Shown: one piece after another, positions 36,987 through 40,068 of the stretch
Numbering within the stretch: position 1 is the stretch's first letter
How the letters are laid out: each line of letters starts with the position of its first letter
IMG/VR virus record: IMGVR_UViG_3300021197_001693
Span: 1 to 40,068 of that record
Strand: one strand, 5' to 3'
Source of the DNA: a virus
Lineage: Duplodnaviria; Caudoviricetes
Length of the DNA: 40,068 nt
Made by a program: the position numbers and the translations under genes
Notes under the pieces: model-generated
The model's input: the letters and a program-made list of their open reading frames with translations, nothing else
What the model was told of the DNA's origin: nothing
The model's database searches: none

Positions 36987-37889
36987 TTATAAAACTTCTC
37001 TAGCACCATTATGTGCTGGTGCAGTTATAACCCCTTCCTTTTCCATTTGTTCAACAATATTAGCTGAACGGTTATAACCAATTCTAAACTTACGCTGAAC
37101 ACCTGAAATGCTCACACGCTGTTCTTCTCTAACATAAGCAACAACTTCATCATATAAATGATCTTTACTTTCATTATCATGAAACAGATCTTCAATTTTA
37201 CTTTCTTTACCTTCTTCTGGTTCAGGTTCATCTTCACCAAGATAAACAAAGCCAGGTAAAGGAACAGGTTCTTCTTCACCTCTAGCTGGCATAATTACAG
37301 CTACTATTTCTTTATTAAGACCACTTACAGCAACAATAGAACTGTTAACACCACAAAACATTAAGTTTATGTAAGGCATTTTTGCATTAACACATATCTT
37401 AACTAACTGACCAATATATGATGGATTAACACAAACGGTTGAAACATCTTTATATTCCAACTTATCAAATATTCGCTTAGTGTTTGGAAAGCGACCTTCA
37501 ATATCCTTGATGTATTCAACATGATGTATTCTTTCAACTGAATCATCTTCTTCACTTTCAAAAAAACCTTCACAACCTTCTTCAGCAAACAAAACATAAG
37601 CCTTGTTACCTACGATCTGAATTTCATTAAGTGGTAATTTATTTTCAGTGAATCGTTTCTTAGATGCGGCTAACAACTCTTTGGTGATCGGAAATATATA
37701 ATCACCATCCGAATAACCAGTTTCATCATGAATAGTAACTAACTTATGACCGTCAGTTGCCGTTAAAATCACACCTTCTTCTTCTGGATGCGGTTTGATA
37801 TGAAATCCGTTCAAGTAATAGCGAACATCTTTAATAGCTGCAAAGGCAGCTAACATTTGTAAGTAATCTTTATTAAATTTAATTTTCAT
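36987..37889 (-). CDS. Beta-clamp-like domain fused to an FtsK gamma (winged helix) domain
   Basis: DVRYYLNG...ATDGH.L...GRFPN resembles the DnaN middle region. C-terminal LYDEVV...SISGVQRKFRIGYNRSANIVEQME..GV.....NG.REVL matches FtsK-gamma. Confidence 0.82.
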   Translation of the reverse strand: MKIKFNKDYLQMLAAFAAIKDVRYYLNGFHIKPHPEEEGVILTATDGHKLVTIHDETGYSDGDYIFPITKELLAASKKRFTENKLPLNEIQIVGNKAYVLFAEEGCEGFFESEEDDSVERIHHVEYIKDIEGRFPNTKRIFDKLEYKDVSTVCVNPSYIGQLVKICVNAKMPYINLMFCGVNSSIVAVSGLNKEIVAVIMPARGEEEPVPLPGFVYLGEDEPEPEEGKESKIEDLFHDNESKDHLYDEVVAYVREEQRVSISGVQRKFRIGYNRSANIVEQMEKEGVITAPAHNGAREVL

Positions 37890-37909
37890 TGCTTTAACCT
37901 TAGTGTTGT

Positions 37910-38512
37910 TTAAAATTCAATTCTTCTTTTCTGAAGCTCTAAATCAACTTCCATACATGCAACAGCATCAGCCATTGCCGTATGTGCATTTTCAAGAGGC
38001 TTATCAAAAAGATGTTCGTAAATAGAACCAAGTGAACCACTGATTTTATCAAAACCTTCTTTTTTACGTTCAGCGTTAATTGGTTTTAAATATTCGCGTG
38101 TTGCTTCTAATGTGCATTGGTGGTTTTGTTCAGCCCACTTTTCAACATTGTTTTCACTTGAATAGCGTATACATGAAGTCCTGACAATACGGTAATCAAA
38201 GTTCTTGTTGTGGGCTTTAATTTCATCAGCTTTAGAAACAAGCAATAAGAAACATTGCAGCGCCCATTCTTCTTCTACACCAATTTTTTGTGATAACTCG
38301 GTTGTAATGCCATGAATATCTGCAACTGACTCAGGTATTTCCCAACCGTCAGCCATTACAGTTAAATCAATAGAATTAACCACACGCTTTAATTCATCAC
38401 AATAAAGTAAACCAGCTATTTGAACTAAGTGTGGTTGTGATTCGTGTGCGCTACGTTCTTCAAAATTGAGCATGTTTTGTGTTTCAGTGTCGTAATAAAG
38501 GACTAATGACAT
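37910..38512 (-). CDS. DEDDh 3'-5' exonuclease (DnaQ-like)
   Basis: YDTET, IHGIT, AHN..FD and AHTAMAD. Confidence 0.9.
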   Translation of the reverse strand: MSLVLYYDTETQNMLNFEERSAHESQPHLVQIAGLLYCDELKRVVNSIDLTVMADGWEIPESVADIHGITTELSQKIGVEEEWALQCFLLLVSKADEIKAHNKNFDYRIVRTSCIRYSSENNVEKWAEQNHQCTLEATREYLKPINAERKKEGFDKISGSLGSIYEHLFDKPLENAHTAMADAVACMEVDLELQKRRIEF

Positions 38513-39024
38513 TGTTTTTCAACCTTATGAATATCAAGTGAGTTGTTTTTTAGCATGTGTGTAAATTCTATTAGTGGCTGGCTATCTTGTACACCTTCAA
38601 TATCATAGTGAACAAACACACCAGAACCAGTAAATAAAATATCTGTAATAGTTATATAGCTACTGTACCAATCAAAGGAATCACCAATCTTGAAATCATA
38701 AAGCTCTAATATAGCTTGCTGTTCATCAATCCACATTTCAGAACGTATTTTTGATAAATGGCGTTTTAATGCTTTTTCAGCTTGGTTTTTAGTGAAGAAC
38801 ACAAAACGATTACCTTCAGTGTTCAAATAGTGCTTCAGGAAGTTAACAGGTATTGAAACTGGAATACCTTCAGCATTAACCTTTGGCGAGCTCTTTTGGC
38901 TAGAAACAAAATGAGTTTGAACAAAGCTATCTTTCAATGGCATTTGTCTGCCGTGATCAATAACTACAATATGAACCGTTTGGCCCTGCCTAACATTATT
39001 AGGCTGCGGTCTTAATTTAGACAT
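38503..39024 (-). CDS. Hypothetical protein
   Basis: 173-aa ORF with AAGGT SD. Confidence 0.7.
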   Translation of the reverse strand: MSKLRPQPNNVRQGQTVHIVVIDHGRQMPLKDSFVQTHFVSSQKSSPKVNAEGIPVSIPVNFLKHYLNTEGNRFVFFTKNQAEKALKRHLSKIRSEMWIDEQQAILELYDFKIGDSFDWYSSYITITDILFTGSGVFVHYDIEGVQDSQPLIEFTHMLKNNSLDIHKVEKQCH

Positions 39025-39039
39025 TATCTTTACCTTTAG

Positions 39040-39228
39040 TTATAAAATATATTCAAGTGACATTTCACGTTCAATTTGTCTTTGCTCTAAACGTGATTCA
39101 ATTTCTCTGCGAGTTTTTAATTTTTCTTTTCTTTCGTCAGAAACATTTTTACCATCATTTGATTTTGATGGTGAAACAAAAGCATTTCTTAATACATGAT
39201 CTGGTGATGGTTTACATGATTTGGACAT
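39040..39228 (-). CDS. Hypothetical protein
   Basis: 62-aa ORF with AAGGT SD. Confidence 0.65.
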   Translation of the reverse strand: MSKSCKPSPDHVLRNAFVSPSKSNDGKNVSDERKEKLKTRREIESRLEQRQIEREMSLEYIL

Positions 39229-39245
39229 AGTTAATTACCTTTTAA

Positions 39246-39809
39246 TTACATACAGTTTAATAGTGCTGGATATTGCAAGCCAATAGGAGCGAATGGTATA
39301 TCCTCATCAAAATCAATTGATGGCTCTTGTGGGTTTACTTTAGGTGCTTGTTGTTGAGTATAACCACCTTGTTGCTGTGGTACTTGTTGTTGATATGAAT
39401 TCTGTTGGTGCTGTTGTTTTTGATATGGGTGTCCTTGTTGACCATCAAAGCCACCTTGCTTTGGTTTACCGTCAAGCATCTGCATAACACCACTAAAACC
39501 TTGCACATGAATTTCAGTAGTATATTGATCTTGCCCTTGTTGATTGGCCCACTTGCGCGTGGTTAATTTACCTTCAATGTAAATTTTAGAACCTTTCTTT
39601 AAATATTCACCTGCTACTTCAGCAAGTTTGCCAAAAAGAACGACACGATGCCATTCTGTTTTTTCGCAGTTTTCACCTGTTTGTTTATCCTTCCATGTAT
39701 CAGAAGTTGCAACAGTAATATTTGCAACAGCACTACCGTTTGGCATAAAACGCACTTCAGGATCTTTACCAAGATTACCAACTATGATTACTTTATTAAC
39801 ACCAGCCAT
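39246..39809 (-). CDS. ssb: Single-stranded DNA-binding protein
   Basis: [31 protein letters not shown]-rich linker and FDEDIPF. Confidence 0.97.
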   Translation of the reverse strand: MAGVNKVIIVGNLGKDPEVRFMPNGSAVANITVATSDTWKDKQTGENCEKTEWHRVVLFGKLAEVAGEYLKKGSKIYIEGKLTTRKWANQQGQDQYTTEIHVQGFSGVMQMLDGKPKQGGFDGQQGHPYQKQQHQQNSYQQQVPQQQGGYTQQQAPKVNPQEPSIDFDEDIPFAPIGLQYPALLNCM

Positions 39810-39820
39810 TTTATTACACC

Positions 39821-40068
39821 TTAATTATTAAAAACGTGAACCCTTGGAAAAGCTTTTCTTATCCATTCTAACACTCTACTCCAACCAATTCTTGACTTCC
39901 ATAATTCGCTGTTAATATAGCAATCATAACAATCAATACGGCTAGAGCGTCTTAGTTCCATAGTTTTAGTTATAGTCTCACCGCAGTCATAGTCGGTTAT
40001 AGTAATTACACGCCTTAATTTTGGTGGTTGCCAAATAGTGCAAGGATCATTAGATAAACGCTTTTCAG
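39821..40068 (-). CDS. 3' part of the 108-aa hypothetical protein that wraps the window ends
   Basis: Open frame EKRLSNDPC...[14 protein letters not shown]...RIDCY...[11 protein letters not shown]...PRVHVFNN*, in frame with 79..1. Confidence 0.8.
   Translation of the reverse strand, partial: EKRLSNDPCTIWQPPKLRRVITITDYDCGETITKTMELRRSSRIDCYDCYINSELWKSRIGWSRVLEWIRKAFPRVHVFNN

Larger units (their letters stand above)
1..40068. mobile_element. Complete circular temperate podovirus / phage-plasmid genome
   Basis: Full head-tail-lysis gene set plus RepA, ParA and a tyrosine recombinase. No host housekeeping genes. An ORF runs in frame across the 1/40068 junction. Confidence 0.88.

Noticed and set aside
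414-39831. Many short plus-strand and nested minus-strand ORFs in the track (e.g. 414-647, 5447-5800, 10335-10553, 17749-18150)
   Set aside because: These are shadows of longer well-supported genes or of regulatory DNA, with no motifs or RBS support.
1-40068. Linear N15-like plasmid prophage
   Set aside because: No protelomerase or long telomere palindrome recognised, and the ends join as a circle.

Overview
The window appears to be a complete, circularly closed 40,068-bp temperate podovirus genome. An ORF leaving base 1 on the minus strand continues in frame at base 40068, giving a 108-aa protein. The DNA is AT-rich, and the SSB sequence suggests a marine gammaproteobacterial (Alteromonadales-like) host, which is an inference. 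Nearly all genes lie on the minus strand. They include an epsilon15/BPP-1-like virion module (TerS, TerL, portal, scaffold, capsid, tail tube A/B, three ejection proteins and a tailspike) and a lysis module. There is no DNA polymerase, primase or helicase. Instead there is a plasmid-type replicon (IncFII-family RepA with a downstream DnaA-box origin), a ParA plus small-partner partition locus and a tyrosine recombinase, so this is probably a phage-plasmid. The main unexpected structure is at 101-1655: an integron-like gene-cassette array inside the phage, with an attI-like simple site and three attC sites. Each cassette start is complementary to the inverse core site of its own attC. All cassette ORFs are antisense to the attC orientation and stop on the core-site TAA. 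In two cassettes the RBS, start codon and N-terminal peptide are encoded within the attC itself. No integron integrase is encoded. Other points of interest are dispersed 8-bp-period centromere-like repeats, a repeated operator motif around an HTH gene, a polyvalent ejection protein with ART-like and HExxH domains, and a clamp-like/FtsK-gamma fusion. All family assignments come from motif recognition by eye; no searches were run.
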